This document shows, piece after piece, positions 11,536 through 24,400 of a stretch of DNA of 64,000 nucleotides. Position numbers and translations under genes: made by a program. The DNA is from Harriotta raleighana (taxonomy: Eukaryota), in contig JBNZDD010013686.1 in assembly GCA_050575255.1 (NCBI GenBank), positions 1,379,114 through 1,443,113 of the forward strand, in the 5' to 3' direction. The notes beneath the pieces were generated by a model, which saw only the letters and a list, made by a program, of their open reading frames with translations, did no database searches and was not told where the DNA came from. Every line of letters begins with the position of its first letter. The stretch's first letter is position 1.

Positions 11536-12134
11536 TGCTGTTCACTGCAATTGTTTGCCCAACCAATTGCACCAAAGCCTGAGCAGTGTTCTGGTCACAT
11601 CTCTGAAGTGTTTTACAGCTCATCACCAACCTTTTCTTTGACAGTGTCATTTATTTGGATACAACGAGGCATTGGTGGAAGCATGTCAGTTACCTACTCT
11701 CATGGTCTGGCAGCTGTGTACAGAGTGGAAAGAGGAAAAAGACAGCAGGGTGAAAGCAATTCCTGTTCATCTCTTCTATTCGAAAAGCTATTGGGAGACA
11801 ATGGCTCCACGGCACATTTTCCAAAAAGACCATTGGAAACAGGCTCAACTAGGAAAAAACATTAAATATCAAATTGATTCAAGACTTATAAATAGCAATT
11901 CATAGCAGGAAAATGATCAATGATATCCCCTCGACAACTATATTTACTTACAAAATACAGTCATTGCAGTAAACATCTTGTGGAGTGCTTTGAGATTACT
12001 TTGTAACGTGAACGGTTTTATATCAATGCAAGGAAGTTTGTTTTATATTAACCTACAGTCAGTGCTGTATTAACTGTATTCATTTACACAGATTTACATA
12101 CATTATAGCACGGAAACGGGCCATTCAGTCCATC

Positions 12135-12326
12135 TGAAACAAAAACAGCAAGTCAGGCAGCATCTATGGAGAAAGGAAAAATGAGTCAACATTTCGGGTC
12201 CACGACCCTTCGTCAGAACCGGATCACTTTTTCCTTTCTCCATAGATGCTACCTGACCTGCTGAGTGTTCCCAGCGATTTCTGTTGTTGTTTCAGATTTC
12301 CAGCATCTGAAGTATTTTGCGGTCTT
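12135..12326. mobile_element. Penelope-like element remnant (inverted pLTR pair)
   Basis: Two opposed copies of the family at 54900-55558; flanked by a 13-bp duplication CATTCAGTCCATC (12122-12134) / CATTCAGCCCATC (12327-12339). Confidence 0.82.
12184..12220 (-). ncRNA. Minimal hammerhead ribozyme motif (PLE type), stem III variant
   Basis: Minus strand GGTT CTGACGA A GGGTC GTG GACCC GAAA TGTT GACT: catalytic boxes CUGANGA and GAAA around a 5-bp stem II; C15.2 changed to U. Confidence 0.55.
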
Positions 12327-12517
12327 CATTCAGCCCATCCAGTCACAAGCCTCCGCCCATTCCTTAGTGGCTGCAATACCCTTCTATTCCCTTCTCTTTC
12401 ACGCAAAAGTCTAGTGTCCTCTTAAATGCCTCTGTGTAATGCTCAATGAAAGAAGGAATTGAAGCCTCCCTCAGCATCATGTTTACCAAAGCTTTGAAAG
12501 GTTTTGCAAAAACTCAC

Positions 12518-12683
12518 CAATGAAGTTGTTCCACTCGGTGTCCAGATCCGCCTGATTAGCCAAGCAGCCCTTCATGACATTCAGACAGTAGTTGCTGCAG
12601 GGTTTCACAGTAAGTAAGCCACTGCAGTGTGGACAATACATCATCTTCAACAGCGCCTGCACACACTCGCCAGTTGGATTGAC
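12518..12683 (-). CDS. GPC4: Glypican-4, coding exon 4 (166 nt, phase 0-1)
   Basis: [55 protein letters not shown]; six conserved Cys including the glypican signature C-x2-C-x-G-x5-K-P-C-x2-Y-C-x2-V-M-x-G-C; donor GTGAGT, acceptor T8A7G. Confidence 0.96.
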
Positions 12684-14872
12684 CTTTTTTTAAAAAAAAT
12701 GCACAATGAATATTCAATTACTCGGTGCCAGTCATTTAATCACATTGAGTGGACACTCATTGACGCAAGCTTAGTGTTTATTTTCTTAGTCTGCAGATAT
12801 AGTTTCACCCAAACACATCCAAGCACATTATTTTACAGTTACCCTCCAGACATTTTAAGTTATCACTCAGATTCATAATAAGTGTGGTGTGGTTGAAGTT
12901 GTAGTCTATTTTGAACAAAACAAATTATATTTAAGATAACGGAGGAAAATAGTGATTAGATGTTAATGCCCAGGAGATAACTGCATTGTGAAATGTTACT
13001 GATAGGAGATGCTGACAGAATGCAGAAAATAGCTATCCGGGGTCTGAAAATATTTAAATTGGTTCTTCCAGTTGTGATCTGCAGAGAGATACAGCTTCAA
13101 TTTATTACATCATAAAAAAGAACTAAGCTGACTGCAAGTCCTTACATAACCTATCCGGTCTTTGAAAGCATAGTTATGCACTGGACAAGAAACTAAACCA
13201 ATGGGGTACCTGCAACTCACTGTTTTGCTGATATTCAAAATGTGCATTTGTGGTAAGTTCAACAGTAAACCCTGTAGAGAACTCAACAAATAGCAGTGTC
13301 TTGAGAGACAGTTGAGCTGCTGCTAACGATAAAAATTTAAACTCGCCTTTTAACAACCAAATTAATAAAGGTGTCTAAGAATTGCCTTGCTTCCACCCAG
13401 AAGAACACTTCCATCCATCTGCCATTTCTGTTCACACAGTTAGGTAACACAGTAAATTGCTGAGCTGGACACAAACAAGGTCAGATTTTTATCCTTTAGG
13501 AAAGGACATTAAGAGGTGAATTAATTAAATGTAACATTTAAGAGCCCCTTTGCAGTGTTGAAGGCCCATTGTGTAAATATCCAGTGTGTGGCAATAGACA
13601 TACAGACCTCAAATGCTCCAAGCTTGCCAATCTCATCCAGGATGGAAAGGAGATTGCTAAAATTAATCTCTGTCCCTGGAGTTCATTCTGAAAAACCCAT
13701 TTAAACTTCTTACAACCAATTAAAAATAATTAACAGAAGACCCATTTCACTTGTGTTTGCTGTGCTGAAATAATACTGAACTAAGGTCACTGCAAGCTCT
13801 GAGGCAAAGATTAGTATGTTAGATAGCATTTATTTGCTAAAAGAAAAACTTGTTACAGTAGAACTCATCAATGCTCAAAAGAAAATAGGCTTATATTATT
13901 TTCAATCTCTAAAGATTATACACATTTAAGCTTTATAAAATCCATAGTTTTTGCTTTGTGTTTAGTTACAATTACTGTACCTGCATCCAGGTGAATTGAC
14001 TATTCCAGCCAAAAAGTAGTTCTGTATCTGTAAACTAGGTGAAGGACCAAGATAGGAGAGGCAGCAGTTTAGATAAATCCAGGAGCAAAGGTGAGGAAGT
14101 TAAGAGTTTTAACTCAAGATTTTGGAAGCCTGCAGATTGTAAGAAATAAGGAAGAAATAACTCTTCCTGAATCAAGTGGCTGCCACTTATTACTGACTGG
14201 TTGAGGACAACTCAGACATAACCTGAATTGTCACAGTTTGGATCCCCACACTGTATAAACAAGTCATTAAGCTGGAAAACTTCAAAACCTTATTGAGAAT
14301 CAAAATCAAGGGACCAAAACCAGAATCATCTAAACACAACTTGAAAGGGTCTATGAACATGAATCCACCTATATGGACTTGTGTAAAAAAAGGGCACGTT
14401 TGAGCGAAAAAAAACTAATTATTTAAAATGTGTAGTAATGTGTACCTTTTTTTGCCCTGGGGTTTAAAGAAAAGATGGTTTTTAGAAAGACATAGTATAG
14501 TATTTTGTTTTATTGCTTGGACATTATTATTTATGCTCAACTACAAAAGGTCCTTCAGTGTTTTACCACTGATCAGGTTAGAAACCTACAAAACATTCAG
14601 GTGATGCTCAATGACATCAAAAGTGGAAACCATAAAGTGGACTTGGATAGATTGTATCTCAACTTGCTTAGGATCACCCCCAACCTGAGAATATATATCT
14701 AAGGATGCCCACTTACCCATGATGTGAAACTGTCAAGATTTAGCAATGACCAGGCTTCATTCCTGCAAGTGACCCACACAACAACACACAATTTTTTCAC
14801 CAACTAGGAGGCCTGATGTGGGCAATCGCTAACAGGAAGTTTTCTCACTCCAAAAGATTTGGAATTTCTCCA

Positions 14873-14935
14873 TAACAACAATAAAATTACATTTGTATAG
14901 CTCCTTTCAAGTCTGGAGGTCGTCCTGATGTAGGT
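14873..14935 (-). mobile_element. L2 3'-tail fragment
   Basis: AACAACAATAAAATTACATTTGTATAGCTCCTTTCAAGTCTGGAGGTCGTCC resembles the L2 tail at 4323-4380. Confidence 0.65.
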
Positions 14936-14984
14936 AGGTCGATATTGGTTGAAAAAAACAACCTTATTCTATTTTCTTCCCTTT

Positions 14985-15140
14985 CCACCAAGACTGAGGT
15001 GGATAGATTGTTTGTTAAGTTAGGGTATCAAGGGATATGCAGCAAAAGTGGACAATTGTAGTTGAGGTACAGATCAGCCATGATCTATTAGAATGACCGA
15101 ACTGGATTGATGGGCTGAATGGCCTTATTCCTTTTCCTTT
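14985..15140 (+). mobile_element. CR1 LINE 3' end
   Basis: AAGACTGAGGTGGATAGATT...TCAAGGGATATG...AGATCAGCCATGATCTATTAGAATG...GGGCTGAATGGCCT is characteristic of the chondrichthyan CR1 ORF2 end and 3' UTR. Confidence 0.8.
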
Positions 15141-18100
15141 ATTTCCCCCTGCTCACACTCGAATACTATTCTTTAAGTTATGGAGATAAGCTAGTGCTCA
15201 AGTAAAGCTAGCATACAGTCATTAAATGAATAAGCAATTCCAATCATTTCAAATAAAAAGGCGAGAGAAATTCAACATGAATGAAAATCCAAATAATTAC
15301 TCTGCTCTTTCCAAAATCCTTCAGATAAAGGATCGAGTAGGGAACCAATTAACAAACTCTGAAAATCTCTGCCCGCTCTCCACACACAACTCACAAAGTG
15401 GGCAAGATTGGGAATTCCTCCAAAGAGTAATCTAGGTGTCTACCGATAATTGGCATGGCGACAGGCCACCGGGAGAGTCATTGAAAAGGATGCAACCCCC
15501 ATCCTTAGTGAATAGGAAAACAATCTTTATCTTGAGTATGAGTAGACCAAGAGAGAAAATAAATCGCTGGAGGAATGCATTACTGCCCTGCATTATTATT
15601 ACTCTTTTATGTCTGTCTGGCAGAAACCCAACAACCACTTCAGTTTGATTGTGGGTTTTTGAACACAATGTGGCCAACGCTGATGCTCTGACGAATCTTC
15701 ATCTTCTTTCTACATCACCCAGCAAAGCCAGGTGTATAAATAAAATCTGTAATTAATACAACCTCACTCTTTTTTTTAGAAAGTTAAATGCTGTTTGGAT
15801 AAAGTTACAGGTTCAGTTAATCTCTCAAGTAAGAAAATCCATCCCTTCAAAAACGAGCTCAAAGAGTCAAACTTACTAAGAGGATTATACTGTATTAGAA
15901 CGTGGCTCAGGTAGGCAGGTTACCAATTGTGTTGTGTCCAAGTACACAAAGTCAGCTAATACTTTAAGACAAAAATCTGATCTTGTGAGAAAGGCATTTT
16001 CATTTATGTATGCCATCAGCTCAGCAATAACATACTGTGTCATGTTAATTAAAGTTTTTGTGGCTATGTAGAGACGCAATGTCAAAAAGCTTCGAGTGCA
16101 TACATTTCAGTGACCATAAAAGTCCATTGAACATTAGTTGAAAATAAAGTTTTACTGCAGAGACACAACCCTATCTGAGAGTTCCACTAGTGAAGCAGTC
16201 TTTTTAATACATTTTTATTTTATTATTTATTACATTGTTTCCTTTAGTCGCTGTAAATTGGGAACCTCAAGTGATTCACTGGAATCTCAGCTTCTCCCAA
16301 AAGGCCTCAGAATTCATTGAAATTAAAATTGCAGAAACCATTAGCTACCGATAAACTGTAAGAAAATCTATTGCTTTAATAATTGCCGCAAAGTGATAGT
16401 TTTTGACTATTTTTAAGTGATAGTTTTGAAAATGCACAAAATTGAATTAAATATTTGTTTTCATTTTCTCCCCCCTCATCAACAGTGAACGCAATTCCTA
16501 TTGCAGCTCGCACCATCCAAAGCTATCCACCTGGCATTGCAGCTGTGAGATCACTTCATTAATCACCCAGAATGTTAGGAAGCAAACACCAGTATGGATT
16601 TCATGACTCATTTCAAATCTGATTCAAAACACAGTCTTTTACGGGGTGGGGGGAATGGAAAGGTATTTCTCTCACTCTACATAATTCCCGAAAAGGGACA
16701 GGCACCAGATCCCTGACTCTCCACTTATGTCTCATTTCCAGATTGAGTGTTCTCACAATTCTATGGTTCACTCTTCCTTGCCCAACTGCCCAGATGTCAT
16801 CAGCAATTCCCTAAATGGAGCATCAAGAGAACAATCCATAGTTTAAATCCGTGCCATAGTTTAAATCTGTCCAGTGCTATACAATAATTAGAAAGGTCAT
16901 GTTTATAAAGAAATAGTATATTTGATTACATATGTAAAGGATGTGTCTTCATGCAACCTAGAACCTAAATAAACACCAGATTAAGGATTGAGTATAGATG
17001 TTTCTAAGAATCTTAGCTTTCATCAGCTCACAAAGCAGATGGTGAAGCACATGTTAAAGTATCAAATTGTACATGCTATTAACTTACCAAGGACTAAACA
17101 TGGCAATTCAGCTGCAAGAAGTCACATGACCAATTTCCTTTCTCTGCAATCTCCCCCAAAACAATCTATCATAAGTCTCAAAACACTGAAGTGACATCAA
17201 ATGTCAAACCTATGCAAGTATGCACACTGAAAATGAAACTCAATAAACCAGCCAGAATGTGCACAATGATCGAGTGGCAATCCCAAGGCTCAGTCCCTGC
17301 TTTACACCGAGATACCTGATGTCAGCATTGATTGGGTTACTATAGCTAAAGTACCCCTATGCTGTAGGGCAGTGAGGAAGAAGTTGGCTTGGCAGTAATG
17401 ACCCCAACACTGTGTAACCTGCATGCACAACAAGCACTCACTTTGGCAAGGTAATAGATGACTGCTTACAATATGCTATAAACTATTGCCTCCAGGATTT
17501 TATTTAAAAAACCTGTAGATTACTGAACTACAGTTTTAAAGCTGCATTAATTGATATAGGGCTATGTCCTTGAATTTTTACTTTTGTAGCTTTTGTTTAA
17601 AATAAAACTAAATACAGGTTTGTTCCAGTCAACAAAGGCATCAAAGGTCAACAGTGAAATAAACTTGGTAGGTCAGTCACATAATGATTTACTTCCCCAC
17701 CCCCCCTTTCCCATTTGGTGGAGTGCCAAGCTTCATTTAGTCTCTTATAATGATTCAACTGTTCTGGTTATAAAAAGGTGTTAAAGGTGATGGCTTCAAT
17801 GCCTCTTGGTTTCACAGCTATAAGAGCCTTTCTGCCTCTGGGCGATATGTTAATCCGCAATATGTGGCACCCAGCTGCCATCAGAGTCAAACTAATGAAT
17901 ACAATATTGTAACTCTCAGATGGACAGAGGCCAACAATACTGCATTGCTGGAAAAAACAAGTTTTCACTTTCACAAACGTGCAAAGAACTGCATTTATAC
18001 AAATTTCTGGAATACATGGTTGCTGCATTTACCTTATGGACAAGCTTGTAATAGAATCATTTCCAGTAACTGGAGACGACTTAATGCCTTTCCAATCTCC

Positions 18101-18799
18101 CACCAAATCAGATCCAATTGAACTCAATGGAGTCACAATGACTACTGTAATAATATACAGTACCAGTGCACCTGATTTCTGGAAGAGGATCCCTTGGAAA
18201 AGGCAAATCGTGCTTTTGGTAGTGCTTTACCCTTCCCCCCCACCCCCCCTCCCTTCCTCCACTCCTCCTCTGTTCTAAGTATTTTGAAAAAAGCCTCTCA
18301 ACACCAATTCTCCTGTTAGTGTATGTACAGTACATCATATAGCTCTCATCTCTGTTGTGAGAATTCACTGCTATGGGGAGTATAATGAGCATGTTTTGAA
18401 TTGATACAAAAGAAAACAACTGCAGTAGCAGTATTGAGCAATAAATGGAATTTAATTTGCTAAATTAGTCAAAGTATGCCTTTGGGCTTTTACCACCCAC
18501 ATTTTCCAATAATTTTCGTATCTATGACATTTACACAGATGGTCGATTTTTCCTTACTGCTCCACTGATGGGCACAATTTCCACTTCTACCTTGTGGGTA
18601 AAAAAACATTTTGCCTTAATTTATTGTACTAATTTAAGGGAGGGCAGAGGATAAATTAAAATGTAATTTAAAAGTAGCGCTAATATGCAATTCAAATTGA
18701 AGAAAATATTTGAAAGAATTATTAGTGGCAAGATTCCCATTAAACTTTTGAAGTACTTGAATTTTATAAAGTTGTCAAGTTACTTGAAGAAATGTTAAT

Positions 18800-19185
18800 T
18801 ACTTAGATCTCCATCATGAACAGATCGACTTCACGATCCTCACACTCGTATTCAAATCCCTTCACTCTCTGGCATCTCCCTACCACTCTGACCTACCCAC
18901 ACCCAAATCCGCCACCCGGCGCCTCCGCTCAACTGGCCGTCCCTCCACCCTCCGCCCCACCATCAGCCACTATGCTCCAGCACTCTGGAATACCCTCCCT
19001 CAATCCCTCCACTTTGCCTCCTCTCTGCCCTTTTATAAGTCCCACCTGAAAACGTTCCTCTTCGACCGTGCATCTAGCCACTTCCCAATTCCCCCCTACC
19101 CCAGCTTAGATACCCGCTAGCCACTGGTAAGCTCTGAGACTCTACCCTGCATGATGAGTACTATATAAGTGCAAGTTGTTGTTGC
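18800..19185 (+). mobile_element. Old L2-clade LINE 3' fragment
   Basis: Decayed FTILTLVFKSLHSL, LWNTLP and LKTFLFDRA motifs followed by a TATATAAGTGCAAGTTGTTGTTG tail. Confidence 0.8.
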
Positions 19186-19499
19186 TTGATGGAGTGATAG
19201 AGCACAGAAGCAAGCCATTGAGGCCAACTATTATGTACTGTTGTTTACACTTCACAAAAGGCTTCTATTCCCTTCAGCTAAAAGCAATCTGCTGGAATAT
19301 TTAATACGTTAGGAAATAAAGGCAATAGCTGAAATATTTGGAGCATATTGTACACACAGATAACCCTCGGGAGAGTCAACAACATTTATGTTCCAGGATC
19401 AGGAGGTATGATCCTTACTATTCCAGAGCGACTAGGTTTATAGCTAAAAGCAAAAAAAAAGTTGTCCTCATAAAGGAAGTTATTCAAGTGCACTCAATA

Positions 19500-20200
19500 A
19501 GTATAAAGGAAACTAATCCAAGCTAAATGAATTATAACAAAAGATCAGGTCATTCTTAACTCACTGAAGTTCTACAAGGATATGACTTTGGCTTAGATTG
19601 GGGAACTATGCCATTCACCACGTTAATTAACATTTTGGTCAAGGTACAATACCTTGCCTTATAAATAGTACAAGTTTGGATGAAAAAGCAGGATATTCAG
19701 AGAAAATGAATAAAATTCAAATGGAAAATAGCATTTGCATGTGAGAAATGCAAGTCTAGACAAATTGTAGGTGAAATAGTTGATGACTGAAAAAGATTGT
19801 TATGATGAAGGATGACAGTTCAAAAGAAAACATTAAGATTTATAAACAGATCTTACAAAATGCGAAGTTCATAGAAAATGTTACTATAAAGTATTAGTGA
19901 GACCAGATGTGGAGTATTGTCTCCAGCTGTGGTGGTCATAGTAACAAAGACGTGGAGGATTCAGACCAGAACAAAGATGGTTTCAGATCATTGAACGAAG
20001 AACAGTCCAGGAAGCAGCAAATATGTGGATAAAATAAAGCAGTATGATCCATGCTTTTGAAATAAGTTTGGTGATCAATGATTGTGTGGATCAAAAGTTA
20101 TTTTCTGCATAACCAGAGAAGGGGAAGCAAGAGCAAGCACTGCATTATAAAATAACTTTTCCAAGAGGTAAGTTCAAGGCATAATTTCATCATGCTTAAA
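19500..20200 (+). mobile_element. Very old CR1-like LINE fragment
   Basis: Remnant motifs such as TATAAAGTATTAGTGAGACCAGATGTGGAGTATTGTCTCCAGCTGTGG (YKxLVRPxLEYCxQxW) are typical of CR1 ORF2. Boundaries approximate. Confidence 0.55.
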
Positions 20201-20579
20201 GTCTTCCAACTTATGAAACAGACTGCTGATTGTGCAGCAAACACCACCTCAGCTGCAGAATTCAGGAGAGACAGAGTTCAATCTGGACAGAGGGAGGCAG
20301 GGTGTGGGGGGGGGCAGAAGAGATGAAAACTGTCACATCCCTAAGATGCAAGATTTCCATGATTAATGGCTTTGTAAATTCCAATGTTTCTTGGATACGC
20401 AAGATTAATTTATAAGGACAGCCACACAGCTGCACAACGGGCAATGAATTATGGTGACGAAAGCCTTGTAATTTTGGTGCTGCGGTCAAACCAATACTAA
20501 GCAGTTGCTCCGACACTCAAAATAGGAGCGAGATTGAAGAATCACATCATCAATAAATGAATGAATTTCTCATACTTAC

Positions 20580-20971
20580 TGCAGACACTTTGGCCACTAC
20601 GTCACGTGCAGCGGCAAGACCATGTGCAAAGTAGCGAGCGGCAATGAATGCTCGTGTCACCTGAAGCTTCAACTTGCGAGGTACGTCTCCAAATGCCTTT
20701 AGTTCCTCGGTGTATTTGCTAACGCATTCCAAGTATTCTTCGGTGAAATGGTATTGAGGATTTACCAGCTGAAACATGCGTTCTAGAAGACGTGCCCAGA
20801 AGTCGTTCAACATCTCTTCCAGGTTTACATTTCCAGTCATGTAGTACCTTTTTAGCTCCTTAAATAGATCCTGAAACACTTCAGAGTTTTGCATATACAG
20901 GAGGCCATAAGTTCGTACAAACATGTCATTCAAGGATTTCTGTGCATTTTCCAGCAGCTCTGTGAAGAATT
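20580..20971 (-). CDS. GPC4: Glypican-4, coding exon 3 (392 nt, phase 1-0)
   Basis: (E)[43 protein letters not shown]...[37 protein letters not shown]; acceptor TTTTGCAG, donor GTAAGT; 392 nt is the exon 3 length I recall for GPC4/GPC6. Confidence 0.97.
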
Positions 20972-21325
20972 CTGCAAAAGGCAAAGAATAAATGTTAATC
21001 ACACAGCTCCAGGGATAGTTAATAAATCTACCAATTCAATTTCATCAACATATTTAATACATATTCATTATAATAGCAATGTAAGGCACAAGGAACGCGT
21101 AATAAATTTAAAGACAGTACATGAATTTTAAGTAAGATTATGAACCCTTCATTAAGTCTACAACAAAATTAATTTAATGTACTACACAACTAATAAGTGA
21201 TCACTAATAACTAATAAGTTAGATCCATACACTTTAATCAAAACTATTTTCAAGTCATTATTGGAGGTGGTGGGACCTCAGAAACCACAAATAGATAACC
21301 GGTAAAATCACAAATCAAATTGCTC

Positions 21326-21408
21326 TCAATATGATATTTGTAGAGTGCCTTTCACATCAGGAGGATTTCCCAAGGTGTTGGAACAGTCAGGGATCAGGAC
21401 CCGAGCAA
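21326..21408 (-). mobile_element. L2 3'-end fragment
   Basis: ATTTGTAGAGTGCCTTTCACATCAGGAGGATTTCCCAAGGTGTTGGAACAG...CAGGACCCGAGCAA matches 4335-4409; ATTGCTC occurs on both sides (21319-21325, 21422-21428). Confidence 0.8.
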
Positions 21409-24400
21409 CAATTTGAGCAATATTGCTCAAAAGAGGAAGCATTCCTCAGATGGCTCTGTATGGTGACATTAGCAATGTGGATTAAGAGGAGTGGAATGCT
21501 AGCTGTTAGCTTACAATAATGCTTACACTTAGCAACCCGAGAAATGTCCTATCCAAGAGCTAGAATTGTACCATTGGGCATTTTTCATAGTTCACAGTAC
21601 AACATTTTGCACAGTTACCATTACTATCCTGACATCCTAGTGACAACACTAATCCATCAGGTCCATTAATGTTCCCTCCTTACTCTCTCACACATGTGCA
21701 AGCCCACACACTTCCAAGAAGATGGGCAGAGATTAAAAGGAGAGAGGAAAAAATATCAGGTGATAAATCATCAGCAAAACAAATCTGTGAAATTTCAAAA
21801 TAAATAAATATTTTTTAATTAAAGAGATTTTTGTTTAAAAAAAGTTTTACTTGAGGATTTCAGCAGCTGATTTAAATGCTCCATTTATTCATGACTACCT
21901 CACACACAAAGTTCAATTTGTTAGCTGACCTCCTCAACCTGATATAAGCAGAAATACTTTCCTCACAGAGAAAATTAGATGACCAATTTTGCTCTGTTGT
22001 TACTGATGCAAGTCTGGCATAGACAAGGGGCTAAGAACAAGCCACTGCCCACCCACTCGGTTGTGGACAACCTGAAAAAAGTGGGGGTGGATAAAGGAGA
22101 GATTTTGCACTGCACATTTTCTGGGGCAAAAAGATAGTAAAATGTCGTTACTGATTGGTTATGTAAGGATTTAATTAAATTGATTTTTAGAATTACCGTC
22201 TATAATTATGCTTTGCCAAAAGTCTGAACACAACTGATCTGGAATTAGCTGAACCCAAACCTCTTGAATACAATAAGGTAATTTTTTCCAAGAGTCGCCT
22301 CATTTTAAGGGTTGGAAAAGGAAAAAGAAAAACTGAAATTCCATTGCGTAAAAAGAAAAACTTCAAATAAATACAGCAAATTCTGCACAAACATTCAGAG
22401 GTTGTATATTTAACAGATATACACACACAATAAATTAAACCCTTTCAGCCAATCAATTTTCTTTAATAAGGTTTCACTTGAGAAAAAACTTCAAAGCAAT
22501 TCACTATAACAGACGTTCCAGTAAGTTTGCAAGCGGACGAGACTAGAATTCTAACCATTACAACTGAGACCTCAACAGGAAATGCCAGCCATGGGAACTA
22601 TAGCTGGAGGTTCATTTTGAGTTTAGACAGGGGACCATAAACCTTCTCAACTCAATCCTTTCTTAACCTAAGTCATTTTAGCTTCAACCCAACAGGGAAT
22701 ATCCTGGGAATGATTTATCACCACAATGTCAATTTTATTCCCTCCTAGAAATGAAGGACAATTATGAATAGTGTGAACCAATACATAAAGGACTTTGATA
22801 AAAGTTCATTCCCACAAGTTCACATGTAGTTTAAAAGCCATTCAGACTATACTGGAATGCATAGACCACAGCACACTGAGTAATGCCAACAAGAAATGCA
22901 AAATTAATGACAAAACTAATGAATGTAATGTTGTACCAAGTCTAGTCTAGGCTGAAAGAATATATCCACAAGTAGAATAAAAATCCACCACAGAAGTAAA
23001 GTTGAGCAATGGCACCTTTTAATCAAAGTTTCACACTTCACAGCATTTTCTCTCCCATGTTGTAAGCTTTCCGTTTTAGGAAGACAAATAATTCCAAATC
23101 TTCTGGATAACTAGATGTTTTTAAATACATGCTGACAGAGGAGCAATCTTTTACTTCTTTGCTTGAGCGCTTCAGGTGTATGAATAATGCTTCTCTCGGA
23201 AATAGAAAAGGATCAGAGAGATGGAACTGTTCCAATCTCCAAAAGCACAAGTGAAAGAGAGCTCAATATCCACTATTAGCAGTAAAACAGCATCTTTTGG
23301 ACTAGAGGTTCCCATAGCTCAATCTGAACAACGGTTACTTACTGTCCAGGTGCACTTAAGAGAGCAACAAAAGCAACCTGTTACACTTATGAACAATCTA
23401 TCTTTTATCTCATCATAGAATATAAAAACTGGACCTTGCTAGCATTCACCAACAAAAATGCATTTAAGCTTTCTCCAGGTTTAAGCACTGAGTTACGATT
23501 ATAACCGCACAATTATATTTTGATCATGTTGTATTTCAATAAATTATGTTTCATATCAACAGGTATTGGAGTAGAGATTTAGGTACCGGTCTGAATTAAA
23601 TAATAATGCCTCCAACAATCTAAACAAGTAGAATAATGGCAGCACATGAGCCAATGGAGAATCCTGTCTACACACACATATATTCAGGAGAAAAACCTAC
23701 AATTTGAATGCATCATTAAGATACCTCACAAGTTTGCAAGATACTTTGCAATAAATGGCAGCAAAAACCTACTTCAACTGGAATACTACTTTAGTTATCC
23801 ATAGTCACGGTAAGAATGTAAAGTTATATCCTGAAGCAATCCTCCCTACAGACACAGCTTATTGTATAGACTGGCTGGAATTGGCTTGGGTAATTTTGAA
23901 CAGATTTGTTTTTCAAGAGAAGAAGCTTCAAACAGTTTAAAGTTGGGAACATTACATCATGTGTTACTAAAACAACAGAAAACGTCTTGTTAATATTAGA
24001 CCAAGCTCCTAAGGCTATTTCACAAATTAGCTAATAAAATGAGGAATTTACAGACTAACTAGCAGGGTAAAGAACACTAGGTACACATAATCCCCAAAAA
24101 TGTTCCTCTATCGCACAGTTCAGACCTGAATAGAATTACTGAATTCCAATCAGGGGAACTAAAATTAGAATCAATGGCGTAGCAGATTCTCTCCTCCCCC
24201 TCCCCACCCAAACACACACTCCTGCAAATAGTGAACATGCAGTTACAGCAGAGCTCACAAGAGGCCTTCAAACAATTGGAAACAAAGGATTCTTAAACGC
24301 TTGCCATTGAGGGTAGATAGCACTAAACTTCACTGAATTAATTCACAGATCTGATTAAGTAAATTAAAGAGTTTTCAGAAATACCCCCCATCCACCCCTT

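Larger units (their letters stand above)
12095..12440 (-). mobile_element. CR1 LINE 3' end, interrupted by a Penelope-like insertion
   Basis: With 12135-12326 and one TSD copy removed, the minus strand reads ...GACTGGATGGGCTGAATGGCCCGTTTCCGTGCTATAATG, the CR1-type 3' terminus also seen at 15100-15135 (+). Confidence 0.7.

Noticed and set aside
11410-11865. 151-aa ORF
   Set aside because: Contains an L2 tail fragment and has no recognisable domain; consistent with a chance intronic ORF.
16391-16868. Short direct repeats (AAGTGATAGTTTT x2; CCATAGTTTAAATC x2)
   Set aside because: Ordinary local micro-duplications; no array structure and nothing CRISPR-like.
20550-21002. 150-aa ORF as a standalone gene
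   Set aside because: It is GPC4 exon 3 (20580-20971) plus intronic read-through on both sides.
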